A DNA stretch of 64,000 nt, taken from Alloascoidea hylecoeti (lineage: Eukaryota). The stretch lies in NCBI GenBank assembly GCA_001600815.1, contig BCKZ01000032.1, positions 1 to 64,000 on the forward strand, read 5' to 3'. The notes beneath the pieces were generated by a model. It made no database searches. It saw nothing but the letters and a program-made list of their open reading frames with translations, and was not told the origin of the DNA. The translations under genes and the position numbers were made by a program. Within the stretch, counting starts at the first letter, position 1. Each line of letters starts with the position of its first letter. Below are positions 48,104 through 61,624 of the stretch, in pieces.

Positions 48104-49543
48104 TCTGGACTGTTTATTTTTGGGGGGAGGATGTGGATGTTATGGAATAATGGAGTCACAAGGAATGTACTGTAGGATGACCAGAGTTACCCGTGGTGAT
48201 CTACATTACGCGTGCCACAAATCAGTTTCTACAAACTTAAATCAAATCAGACAAACTGAGTAACAAATCCCACAATATCCAAATCAATATCCCCAAGTAT
48301 ATCTTAAGCACTACCTCCTGTTCATCATATTTTTCTTCTTCTTTGCTATATCTTTCAATATTAATATAATTGACGTTTTTATTCTTTTTATTTTCGCTCC
48401 TCATTATATTCAAATTTTTTTACATAAAATGAATGTTTCATATTGAACAGTGGTGCATTAATAGTCCATAAAATCACCGATCATTAACTGCTATTAATTA
48501 CGAAATAAAAACGGAACAATTCTCCCAAATTGAATGTAAAACAGATGACTGAATAAACAGAAAGAAAATGCCGAAAAATTTATTATCCTGATACCCCGTG
48601 TGCTGAAGATCCACACAAAAACTTAACTAGGCAAGTGAATGACGAACTTTTCAATCTAAAAAATTCCCTAAACATTTCTCGCTCTGACGAAATTTTAATT
48701 CGCTTTTTTCCGAAATAACACCCACCCAAACATCGAATAATTTCCTCGAACGACCGATTTTACAGTTAATATATTATACTGTTACTGTTCCAGTTTTGAA
48801 TCTTTTGATATTAACTGTTAAACTATAATATTAATTCAGCCGCAGATAAACCCTTGTATAGAAGGACTTTATCCTATAGGACTTGTTCTGATCTGTATAA
48901 TAAATAAATTATATAATTGTAATTGAACGGGTAAGGGCCCCCACTAAGGGGAAACAGATTCACTTTATAAAATAATAAATGAGCATTTTATTCTTAATAG
49001 AGTAATGTAAAGAATAATATTAGCTATTAATGAACCATTACACTGGCTGCTTAAAATTATGGTTCTTAGAAGATCTATGGATTCTATACTAGTTAAATAG
49101 TAGCACTACCCCTAGACTTGTTACTTGTACATATGATGTGTTGATTTATGATTTCAGCATCTTCTAATATAATATATCTGTGATTCTGTATCGATATCTA
49201 CTAGCTATCTAAAGTTATCTATCACAATGAATACTATAAAATATACCAGCACATCTGCATCGTCGATTCGTTGTAGTTTTATAGAGGTAGAACTTATCTT
49301 TTTATTGGAGTGGGAAATATGGACCTATATTTATACAAAAATTTAAATGAAATAGATATACAGTATATAAGGCTATGTGTAGAGTTTGAGATTGGGTCCT
49401 CAACAGATGTCATGAAAATAGTTAACGTTGTGTATGGTTTATTAATGATACATGTACACACTTCAGCTTATTAATAACATATACTTACATACATGATATT
49501 GTTAAGTAAAGTTTCAATGAAAACTTCAGAGATTTCAAACATA

Positions 49544-50514
49544 TGGTGGGCGTCACACGACTTGTCACACTTTTTTCTTTGGGGTCCATATGCAATGTAT
49601 ATGCGCCTATGCAGCTTACTATAGAAGGAAATAAAACGATACATGTGTATGCATCTGGTCATATACGGTAATTATTGTCACATTTAAAAACGTTTGATTA
49701 GAGGCTTCAATTCGCACTGTGGAATGTGTTGGATCAGCCGATCTTGGCATAAAGTTTTAAATAAGCCTATCAGCATATTTTCTTTCAAAAAAGATTACTG
49801 TATTTTTTTTTTTTTTTTTTTGGCACCTCTTTGCAGTTACCAGCCCCGTAAATTGTCAATATATCTAATAACGAACTACGGAGTAATCCACTAAGATTTA
49901 CTCTATTCTTAAAACAATTCAAAATACTGCTTAAGGTCTAAAGATCATATACTGGTTCATATAGAATGAAATTGTAAATTCAATATTTATTATTGGAGTC
50001 CTTAACTGTTCATATTTGGTGAAGAGCGAAAGCCATCACTGAACACAACACCACTAGAGCCTCATGGCCATAGTAACTAGCACGTCAATAGATCTCCAAA
50101 CTTAATCATTGTATTCTAATTCAGGAGGAGCTTTGTTACTGGCGGAAATAAAATACAGTTGAGTTCTTATGTAAGAAGAAAGGTTTCACAATCATCACAA
50201 TTGAATTTACTTCCATTTCCAGAAGTTAAGTAGACTCTCTCATTTAAGTGTAGATTGGATTTTTTTTTTTGAATGTATCAACGTCTTTAAGCTGAATTTG
50301 AAATCTAAGGGTCTACACAGTTAAGAAATCAGATGGCCCTTCCTATAAGAGAAGAGAAAAGGTTTTTTATTGACGACTTAATTTTGTTTCATCATTTATC
50401 TACATTCTGTCATCATTAAAAAATAAATGAAGTATATTTGGTGTGGTAGTGAGAATTTTTGTTGAAAAGAATTTTTATTTTCCAAAAGTGCGACTAAGTG
50501 TGTGACACCCACCA
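49544..50514 (-). mobile_element. Internally deleted Tc1/mariner element with ~31-bp TIRs and TA TSD
   Basis: TGGTGGG(C/T)GTCACAC..CTT.GTC(A/G)CACTTTT at both ends, TA on both flanks, VVFSDG remnant near 50030-50050 on minus. Confidence 0.75.
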
Positions 50515-51938
50515 TAGTACTGGTAATTATTAATAACGTTGAGCATTCATTTTAATTATAATGTGTAGATCTAAATCCCTACATTTACAGCTGCAGGTAT
50601 ACCAGCGGTAGGAGCTTATAATTAAGGGCCGGTAAGGTATACGGTACATATTTTTGAATCTTTAGATGTTAATGATATCATGATACGGTGACACACCAAA
50701 TATATATCTAGCTAGATCTAACCAAAACTTTAACTATCCAAGCTTAGTTTGCTCTGAATTTCCAATTGGTTTAATTATAATTGAGGTGGAAGAAGAAATT
50801 ACATTACTGATAATGAATTCGAATAGACGATCATATCATAAATTCATAATTAATATATATTAGTCTTATAACAATCAAAGTATACTTCTTCAATGTATAA
50901 TCACTGAAATCCGGGATCCGCTGTTGTTCTTTTTGATATCCTGCTAATATTTGAAGTGAAAGGATTGGCTATAATGTTTTATCGCTAAATAAATATATAT
51001 GACTTACTCTGTTATTGATAAGATATCGATAAGTTGATAGCTAACAACTAATATCAATAAGTGTAAAAAGATTATAATTAACATTATGAATAGAATTCAT
51101 CGTGATATTGCCGAATTATATAAAAATTTTACTCTTCACTATTCCGAAAAATAGAAATATAACCGGTGATTACTCAGTCATTAGTATCATTACTATATTA
51201 GTACTAGATGTAGGATTCAGTAGTATAACGTAAGAACTCGGACATATTTGTATCCAAAAATATATAAGTTATACGTAAGGCAGAATTGGATTGTTTTTAT
51301 GTAACATGTGTTAGCAGCGGAGGTCTGAGCTCAGTCCAGCTCAAATTTACAGAAAAAATCCCATGGATCAAAGCGTTTGATCACAAAAGTGATACACAAA
51401 TAACCCATATAGAGGTATTCTAGTTTATAATTATACATCCCGGAATATATTCCAATTAATAATTATTGTTTTATTGATCGGATACAAGACTCCTCACCTC
51501 TTATATAGCTGAAATAAGGTGGAAACTCAATTGAAAGATCAGAGATCAGAAACCCATAATTTAGTGTAACAATTGAGTTTTGACATTTAAATTTGCTCAT
51601 TTGATTTTTATTTCAATTTTCTCCCATCTTTCGAAAGTTTACGTACTGCAATGAATGAAATTATTGTACGTATATATATAGTTTAGCATTAGCTATTCTT
51701 CAATATATTCATTCTTTTTTTATCAATATTAATGAAAGCTTTAAAGACATTCCAAAACATCGGCAATATGTTTCTGCTTGTCTGCATATGCATTAAATTT
51801 TAATTTTAATGGTGCATATTACCCGGCCGCAGCAAGAGGATCGGAAATATGTCGTACATAACTCCATAGGTAAAGCAGCTGCTTTCTGCTTTTTGCTTTC
51901 TTTTAGAAAGACACTACTTTTTCATCACTGTCTACTCA

Positions 51939-54845
51939 ATGACTCGAAGACGCAGGATTGTTCCTGATGCCCGTCGCAAGAGAGTAGCAAAGGCCTGTGA
52001 CCTGTGTAAGAAGAGAAAACAAAAGGTACTTATCATATAATCTTCTTCTCTTCTTTTAAATTTGACCTGATATTAACTCATGATGATATTCAAATAGTGT
52101 GATGGACAGCAGCCATGCCTTTTTTGTAAGACGAAAGAGAAACGATGCGTCTATTCGGGTTGTGACAAGCGTCTTGCAAGACCTTATATTCCAGCTTCTA
52201 TCCAACCTTTTCTTTCTTTAGCAAATCAGGCTACTTATAACAGCGATATGGCTAAGTTAAACGGGAATCAAGATGAAACTATGACTTCTGGAAAAGAAGT
52301 GGTTGATATTAATCTCAACTTTAACCCTTCACATGGAAATGTCAAAAATGAAGAGAATTCACGACTTCTCTATGATAAATCTGGTCATTTAAGATATATT
52401 GGTGAATCATCTGCTCTTGCTTTTCTTGCACAATGTAGGAAGCTGTTTTTGTCGAAATTGGGACAAAGTAAGTTTACTCAAGATCCTCAGCGTTTTCAAA
52501 TTGTTGATTCGTCATCTTCACCAAACCAATCTGGATTTTGTTCCGTTGCTGGGCTACATTTAGATCATCCATTCCCTCAGTTACCTGCTAAAGAAATTGC
52601 TTTGTTACTTGTTTGTCTATTTGATGAAAATATACTCTACTGTTCTTTTATCGATATTACACAACTTCATGATGACCTTTATGAATTATATAGAAACCCA
52701 ATGCAGGGAAATCTTAAAAAGATATGTCTTCTAAACTTAATAATGGCAATTGGTGCTTTATTTTTGCAAGTTATTTGCAAATCAAATTTCAACGATAATA
52801 ATTCTGAGACAAAGATAGAGGGAATTAAAGATGAAATGAATACAAAATTTATTGTTGAAAATATAGATTATTTACCTGGACAGTTTTTCAAACATGGAGT
52901 AGCGATATTACATTCATTCCAAGAAAATTCATTTGACTCATCATATGCTTTTGCAAATGACACTGACTCCTCCAATGTAGGTTCCAATAATTCCGGTTCT
53001 TGGTCTAGTGTTGACGAGCTCTGGATCTTACAAGCACATATGTTAATTCATCAATTCCATCTTTTAACCTCTAAAAGAAATGCAGCCTGGGTAAACCTAG
53101 GAATAGCAATTCGGTATGCTCAATCTCTAGGTCTAAACAGAAAATTCATTAATGAATGTTTTGGAGGGAAAGAATGTAAAATGAGACGAAATATTTGGTA
53201 TGGGGTATATGTTGGCGACAGATTAGGAAGTGCTTTGATGGGTCGAAGTATGGGAGTTCATGATATTGATTGGGATGATCAGGAACCAGGAGAAACGTCT
53301 AATGCTAATGATCAGGAATCTATTAGAAGTCATTTCACTTTATTACGAAATAAACATAATGAAAGGCAGATGGCCTCAATAATAAATGGTCCAATTTCTT
53401 CTAGTACTTTTCGTGGCTTTTCGGGAGCTTTTTCCGAAACTTGTCAACACTACATGATCAAAATATGTCAAATACTTGGTGATGTTCTATTCGTTGTTTA
53501 TTCTAATGACAAGGTAAGCTGTGAAGATGCCAAAAGGCTAGCTACTGATTTAAAACAATGGTCTAATAATCTGCCCTCGATACTCAGTATTACAGAATTA
53601 TATGTTAATGCCTCGCGTAAATCAGAAGCTTGTGACAGTTCTAGCGCTATAACTGGTAATACGCTAACATTGAAGCAGCAACGGTTATTATTAATTCTAC
53701 ATCTCACTCAGTTGCATACAGTGATGTTACTTTGCCGTCCATTTTTCTACCATGTTGTATCAACTTCCGATTTTTCTTCTAATAAATTCGAAGAATTTGT
53801 GAAAACAATAGTTCAATCTTCTTTAATTACCGCACAACTGGTCTCTTTGTTTACATATCCGTCTCTACCACTTCGAAATCATGAGACTATATACTTTACA
53901 TTCCACGCAGGTCTTGTCCTAGGGCTAATGCTAATGCATCAAATTTCCTTAGAAATCACAACGGAGTCACAGAATAAACTGCTTTTATGGGGACTCCGGC
54001 AAATCATTAAAGTGCTTCGAAAATATGGAGAAATTGACGGAAATGCCGAAAGATATGCTTTGATTTTAAAAGAAATGTATAATACATTGAACCTGAAACT
54101 AACTCAATCACATATCTTAAACGACTCAAACCCACCAGATATAAATATGAGAATGAAGTTTATTAATCATGATGAGTTTGGCCAATTAGATGTTATACAT
54201 GATTCCGAAATATTTAATACTCTAGTTAATGCAAGCTCATTTAAGGATGGGGTCCTTTTGACACAAATTGATTATTTTAGCCAGGACGATAATATTAATG
54301 AGAATAAAACTAATGGTGCTTCAACTGAAAAAATGCCTGCTGATTTAACGTCACCTTCTGAAAATGATAATAATTATAGATTACCAAGTCAACAAGTTAC
54401 TTACAATCCCAGCGCTAGCTCTGAAAATAAGAATCACCACTCAGGTTCAGACACGGCATCACAACATAGTACTGCATATGTAGCAAGTGATCCATCAAGC
54501 TCAATAGCTGAATCACCAACTTCTTCTAGCAACACATCTCCAAGTAACTTAAATGCCATACTAGACCTTGACAATTGGTTGTTTCCTTCGTTCGACTCAA
54601 ATATAACGAATAGTATACATAATGGTGGAGCTGATTCCCAACCCGATCAAAATATGTTATCAAGTTTATCGTCAATAGCCAATAATGGGATGACCTCTCG
54701 GATATGCCCTAACTCTGATAACAAATCACAAATACATACTCCTACAATATCAAACGATTCGGTTCAAGTTAGAAATTATGATTTTATGAATGAATTTTTG
54801 TACCCGAAACTCTTAAAAGTGCAATCTGTTAGGAAAACATATTAA
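51939..54845 (+). CDS. Zn(II)2Cys6 transcription factor with fungal-specific middle domain; exons 51939-52025 and 52098-54845
   Basis: ACDLCKKRKQK|CDGQQPCLFC...C across a 72-nt intron; YIGESS, AQSLGLNR, RRNIWY. Confidence 0.93.
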
Positions 54846-56761
54846 TATTACACTTATTATCATTTTATATGATTATCACGAAATGCACTTTTTTTCTTTT
54901 CTTTTGCTATTATTGATTGTTATATTATAAAAACTTTATTTGAAATTGTGTTTGTTACATTTTTAAGATATACCAAAGGAAATTTTCCAAGAAGTTTGGT
55001 GTTAATTACTTAAACTATCAAATTTTTTGTCATTTGATCATTTATTTTATTTATTTTATGGTTTTTGTCATTATTAACTTATACTATTATTCGCAATTGA
55101 TATGGTATATGTATATTATATATATTACTGGGTTTAATTTATTGCTTTTGGTAACTGGTTTTGATTATATAATATACAGTACTAGTACATTAATATCATT
55201 TATAATTATGAAGTACAAAGAAATATTAGGGGATAAAAATTGAACAAACTATATATAAATACATTATTAATATTATTTACAAGTTATTCGCATTCACCAG
55301 CATGGTAAATTGCAATTACAAGACTAGGAGTTTAAGAGATTTTATTTTCATCTCTGTGGCACCGAAACTGGTTGGTACGTACATGTAAGATGTGATACAC
55401 TCCTAAACGGGAACATACTTCAAGAGGTTTAAGCTTCGTCATGATACACAATGAATGTTTCTGGGTTTGCTTATTTATTTCTGGTTAAAGGAATTGAAAT
55501 AATCCCTATTAGTCAAACTTTCAACATGCGCTCCATCTATTATAAACTATATAGTACATATCATGCTTATATATATCTTCTTTACACAGTGCATTAATAC
55601 ACCAATTTAATAGACTTGCTTTAAGGCATTTTTGCTTTCATATAATTGTATTCTGAATTGACTAAATTTAAAATTCCCATATACGTAGATACCAAGTCTG
55701 AACCCCTTAAGCTCGTTTCTAACTCGTTGAGTTGTGTAATTGTAATTCACTAGATCTAGATGTACTGGTAGAACAAAGAAAAATTATCTTGAACAAGCAA
55801 AACTCTTAAGTTTGCATCTTTCAATTGCAACAGTGATGTTAAACAATATATATACATATCCTCAGCCCATGGCTATTGTTCTTGGAGTTTATAATAATTA
55901 GAAAACAGGTCTGAAGTTTCGCTAATATAAGTTCATTTACTAATTATTTATAGGAGTTTTTTGATAAGTTAGAAACTCATCTATAATCAAGGAAGCTGGG
56001 GTTATAGCTATCTTTAATGTGAACAGTATAAGTTATATCATACATGTACGCGTAAGCTTACAAAATCTGATAGCTGCCATATTTACAAAATTAGTTTATA
56101 TAAATAACTAATAGACACCTTAAATATATATTTATGAGTATTAAAAGTATACAGAAATAGATGACTAAATTAGAGTATTTGTCGTAATACTCCTAATAAT
56201 TTCAATAAGTACTATATATATAATATCAATTGAATAACTAATGATAATGAGGTACTACCCAAATGCACGAACACGAAACCACCAAAAATGCTAATTTTAA
56301 TCAGGACCGTCTCATAGTCTGAAATAGGAGGATGTGGTAATATTGGTGGTTGTACTTGATTTAATCAAATGTAGATACTTTGAAGAATTCGAAGAGATTT
56401 AGATACAACATATAGCCGCTGTATATGCAACAATCTCAAGCATTCCGCCATCATTTTAATCTTGCTAATTATAAGCTTGAACTTGAAATTTGTATTGGAA
56501 TTTACTTAATTATATAATCCTAGATCTACAGAATATATAAGCTTCTAGCTATTTTTAATCTTTCAGTAATTCAAATCGCAGAATCTTTTGAGAGTTATTT
56601 GTAAATATTAGTTTTCCATTTATTAAAAACATTTCATTTCACATATGAAATCAATGATTCCAGATTAAAGTCAGCCATTGTCACTAAAGAACAGTGATTA
56701 TTTTGAAGAAAATTTAGAAAACTTCGTAAGGAATATGATTAATTACAGAACAGAATATTCC

Positions 56762-56998
56762 AGTCACGGCCAAAGAAAGCTGTAATAAGATGAGGAGGTT
56801 TTTCATTTTATGAATCATTTCCTTCCTTAAATAGTTTCTAGTTAATGATTTAATTGGAAATTATATGCAAAGTTAAAAAAAATATATCTAGGAGAAAGCA
56901 CAGTTCCCCGTCCGTTCAACAGTAGTTAAGTTGCTAATTATAAAAGCCATACCGAGTAAAGTTGTGGGAGACTACGTGAAACTGTGGTACTGTAATCT
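56762..56998 (+). pseudogene. Dispersed 5S rRNA pseudogene split by a 110-bp insertion (56773-56882)
   Basis: 56884-56998 follows yeast 5S (ATATCTA..AGAAAGCAC..CCCGTCCG.TCAAC.GTAGTTAAG..ACCGAGTA..GTGGG.GAC..GAAACT..CTGTAATCT) with a T-run; AGTCACGGCCA at 56762 matches the 5S 5' end GGTTGCGGCCA at 8/11. Confidence 0.85.
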
Positions 56999-58264
56999 TT
57001 TTGATCTTTTTTCTTTTTTCTTTTTTCTTTTCTTAAAGAAATAGTTGTTTATGGGAAAGAACGGATGGTTGCTGACCAAGCAACACTATTCAAAGATGAG
57101 TGAGCCTATGTTAATTGTCATAGGTATTTTTTCCTGTGAAGGTCTTTTTCATTCATAATTCTTTGGTCGTTAAGTAAATAGTACCCAAGTAAATAAATGA
57201 TTTAATTTCTAAAAAATATGCACATGTGCATAGTTGATTTTTTACGTTCTTCGTGCATAAACTGATATAGTATAAAAAAATAATAAAAACTTTTTGTACC
57301 TGTTTTTCAGCTTTATTTCCTTGACTGTATTTTAGATAAAATATGAATTACTAATCTGGGAAGGTGACGTCAATTTTATTGATTAGATATTACCTCTGTA
57401 TAACTATTTAGTTTATAACTCTGTGATTAGTACAGTAAAATTTTTCTTTAATTTGTCCTTCTTGTTTATTCCTGTAGTTTTTATTATTATTATTTACACT
57501 TACTTATTAATTCTATCTTATGGCTTATCATATATCAATACTATTTATTGGCCTTTCCGGTCTACATTTTTTCCTTTTTCGGATCATTTGTTAACAATTC
57601 TTTGGTTGCATAGACACTAAATGCATGTAAAGTACATACTAAACGTAACTACAATAGAAGTTGTGTTTTGGAGTATCTTGAGCTCGAGCTCCATTGATAT
57701 CACAGAAGACTCGAAGCTAAGACACTTGAAATTAATGTTGTACTGTCGTATGGTGTGTGTCCATGTTTTGGAGTTGATCGTCAGATAGAAAGTTCATAAA
57801 CACCATTATGCATATGATCCAGTAACCGTCTTCTATAAGTTCAATCGATACCCTCTATATCACATTAAATCAATATACGTCGCTGGTAAAGCTTAAGCTT
57901 AAGAGTTGCAATTGAAGCACAGGCTTTACACCTAATCGTATGCAAACATATAAGTTATATATCAAAAGCTTATTACCCTTAATTACAACTCATACGTATA
58001 AGTTACTTAACGACATTCAATAATGTTGGTATCGATATTTTATTCGACAATACTCATACTTCTTTCATAGGTTTTCTAAAATAAACTGCAAGCTTATAGC
58101 ATAACTAACGAAATTCAAATATTAATACAATAGGACGCCGTTCTACTCACCCTAAATTAATATACTATTCTCCCAATACATCTCAAAAAAACCCATACTT
58201 AAACCAACATATTATTTCTAAAATAAATATACATGTATATTATAAAAAATGCTCTCAGACCAGT

Positions 58265-58957
58265 TCAATTTTCAGTTTCAATTTCAATTGGGAATTCAAA
58301 AATAAAATCTCCATCATCATTTTCCCAATTAGAAGTATCAATTTCTTCAACACCATCATTTTCCCAACTAGAAGTATCATCACTTTCCCATATAGCAGTG
58401 CTACCCTCATCAATATCATCATTATTATTCTTTTCACTTTCATAACTATTAATCTTTTCAATTTCACTATTCATTAGCTCTACCAATAATTTAACATTAT
58501 CAGCATCAATCGAAGGAGTAAGAGGACGCAAATTATGATCAACTTCATCAAATAATGGCAATGAATCAACATCAATACTGACTCTAATTGTTTCTGAATT
58601 CATATCCTTGGTGATAAATGTAATAGTTGGTGGCGTTTCCAAAACAATCATTTTATTATATCATCCATATAAATATATCCAACTAAGCCAGCCATAAGTG
58701 CGCATATAAAGAAAAAAAAAGTGAAATACAGATGAAACTCCACTTAACGATTTTTAAACCCAACATAACACGTTTTGAACTGCAAGGCTTTTTTGGTGTG
58801 GGAGTAACTCGTCATCATCGTTGTTGACTAGAGTTTCCGTTAACGTTTCAGCATCAGAGTTATCTGCTGCTTGAATTTCAATATCTTCCAAAAATGGGAT
58901 TTTCTCGTCAATAGGGTAGATTTCGTTCATTGTTGTAGATGGATGGAATCGAGACAT
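58265..58957 (-). pseudogene. Frameshifted gene for an acidic single-pass membrane protein
   Basis: Two coding-like acidic ORFs are bridged by hydrophobic segments in shifted frames (VKWSFICISLFF / FICALMAGLVGYIY). Confidence 0.45.
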
Positions 58958-60079
58958 TGGAAGGTTTGAGAAAAAAAGGGCAATGATAATTATAAGGTTT
59001 TATTCTATGAAAATATTTCTAAGTGTTTAAAATTGCATTTATTAAGGACTCTGAAAATAAGCATTTAACCTCGTTTCTAGGTATGCCTTAGTTCAGGCTC
59101 CATTATTTAATTAAATAGTTCTAAAATGGACAACGTCTTTAATTTCGGTCTCCAGAAAATATGCGTACAACTGTACACATTACTATATTAGGAAATATGT
59201 CAGCAAACATATGGATGCACTCACCTAGATAAAGCAGTATTTATTGCTATGCATATACATAAGAAGCTCGTGATCCTCCAATCTGTCCTAATTAGGCAAT
59301 TCTTAGTGTACTATTTAGGAGGAAATACAGATGAAAAGCATTAACTTTTGCATATCCAAAGTGTATCTTATATGTAGACATTTCACAATGAATATTAATT
59401 ACCAATTTCAATGAAATTGGCTGTTATTTGATTAGTTACACGATTAAAAATTAGTTTAATTAAATATAGATTTTTATTATATAAAATATCGTAAAACAGT
59501 AAAGAAGCCAATAATAAAACCTTACAATTCAAGAAAAGGTGATTACTATGAGAAAATTAGAATTCAAGGCAGAATATATAAAAGTACTTTATTATTATTT
59601 ATTCAGTATAAATTCCAAACTAATCTCTTTAGGTATAAAAATCAAAAGGAATTTTTTTTAAAACCCGGATGCAAGGAATAAAAAGACAAATTTGACACAG
59701 GCGGAAGGGATGAAATATGAAATGTGAAGGGTTAAAATATTAATGATTATGTAGACAAATAGAGAAATTTGTATAATTTCTTGTAATATTATTGAAAACT
59801 CAAATGCTGAATATCTAACTGCCATATGCGCATGATTAACCATTTACTTATTAGAATTATTGTTTGTTCGTTTGTTTATATGAAAAAGAGGTATTCAAAA
59901 TTATAAATTTATTCATTCAAAGTAGTCGTCGAAAACACGGGTGCTGGTTTCGATATGTAAAGTCTCAAACTGATCTATTGATTAAGTTTAAAATAATAGA
60001 GGTAGTGTAAACGAATGGTTTCAAAATCATTCATCAAAAGTGACCAATATTATAATTAATGGATGAAATGTTCTAGGAT

Positions 60080-61162
60080 TTAATACCTATTATCACCGTA
60101 TTCCAAATCATCATCAGTCATCGTTGTTAGATTTAGATGAGAATGAGATGGTCCAGCGAAATATGGACCAGTTGGAGTTCTTGAATAACCTTTACCAAAC
60201 CAAAAGCCTCTACATAAATAAACTGAATACTTTGCAATAAAATTTTCAAGAGCCTGCCATTTTGATAAATCATCTTGATCATTTAATGTTAATGAATCAG
60301 TTGAATCATTTGGTTTACCAAATAATGAAGACGATCCATGCCCTTGGGCTCTAATCATAAATCTTGCATAAGATAAAATGACAAAGTTGAAATAAACTCT
60401 GGTTAAAACTAAAACGATTGTTAAAACTATCGTATAAGCCATTTCTTGTTCTGGAGTAGCTGATTGTGGAGGAACTTGTGATACAGAAGTAGTAGTTGTA
60501 GTCGTAGTTGTAGTACTTAAAGCAGTTGGAATAGCTGAAGTACTTAAACCAGGAGAACTTGAAAGTGGAGATGAAGGAAGATATATTGATGTAGCGGTTG
60601 GGAGAACTGAAGCAGTTGGGGTTGCAGCAATAAAATTAGTAGTTATTTGAGGAACATTAATATCTCTAACATCCAAAATAGCAGCTTCTTCTTCAGAACC
60701 AGAATTTTCATGCTTATCTGCGTGAGTGAACCAGAATACCGAGAAGTAAATGGTAAATACTATAGTTAAAAGAGTATCGAAGAAGTACAGATAAGAGAAA
60801 AGCACCATTGTGGTTGGTTTGGGTCTTCTGATGCTATTAAACGCAAGAATGTAGAACGGAACGGTAATGAAGGAGAAAATAAAGATCACCCACTGAGCAG
60901 CACTTATAGGATGTCCTGGAAAACCCATGTTAGAATACAAAGTAAACAGATCAAATCAAATCAACAAAAATACAAACCTGTGAAGATGGACAATATGCCA
61001 TAGAGACCACTAATTTTATTAAGAATGCCAAATGCTATAATAAGCTCAGCACCGACATGAAGTGGGAGGCAACACAGAAATTTCTAGCTTGTTAGTTACA
61101 GTCCAAACCAGAGCGACGATGAAAATGTGGCAAAGACATACTTTTGGCAAAAGAGAGACCAT
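60080..61162 (-). CDS. KEI1: IPC synthase regulatory subunit Kei1; exons 61162-61142, 61083-60978, 60915-60080
   Basis: Spliced MVSLLPKKFLCCLPLHVGAE..NKISGLYGILSIFTGHP..QW..RVYFNF. Confidence 0.9.
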
Positions 61163-61427
61163 TTTTTGAGGATAAAACAAATAAGAAAAGGGCGAAAACA
61201 AAAGAGGTTGCGTGGATGTACGGGTGTTCTTCGGCACCATCGGACACTGATTTTCCTGATTTCCCCAGTCTTTTCCGTCTCCCACCCGGGCAATGAAATT
61301 ATTTTATACTGCAATATAAATATCTTATCTTCCCTGTCTCAGAATACATTTTCGTGATCTCTTTGACAATATACCATTTTCGAACCATGAAGTGTGTTAT
61401 GGAGGGTCTTCCCAAAAGGTCAGATTA

Positions 61428-61517
61428 GCCCTTTTGGCCAAGTGGTAAGGCGCCGCACTCGTATTAATTTGCGGCTTTGTGATGCGGCGATCGACGGTTC
61501 AATCCCGTCAGAGGGCA
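61428..61517 (+). tRNA. tRNA-Thr (CGT) with 18-nt intron at 61464-61481
   Basis: GCCCTTT/AGAGGGC acceptor stem, CCGCA/TGCGG anticodon stem, intron at position 37/38, T5 terminator. Confidence 0.93.
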
Positions 61518-61624
61518 AATCTTTTTCTATGTTTTAATTTTAATTTTTGGATTCTTATATTCGGCAAATTTCGTCAATTCCTTGATTGGTTGTTATAAAT
61601 ATAGTATTTATAGAAAAAGAGTTT

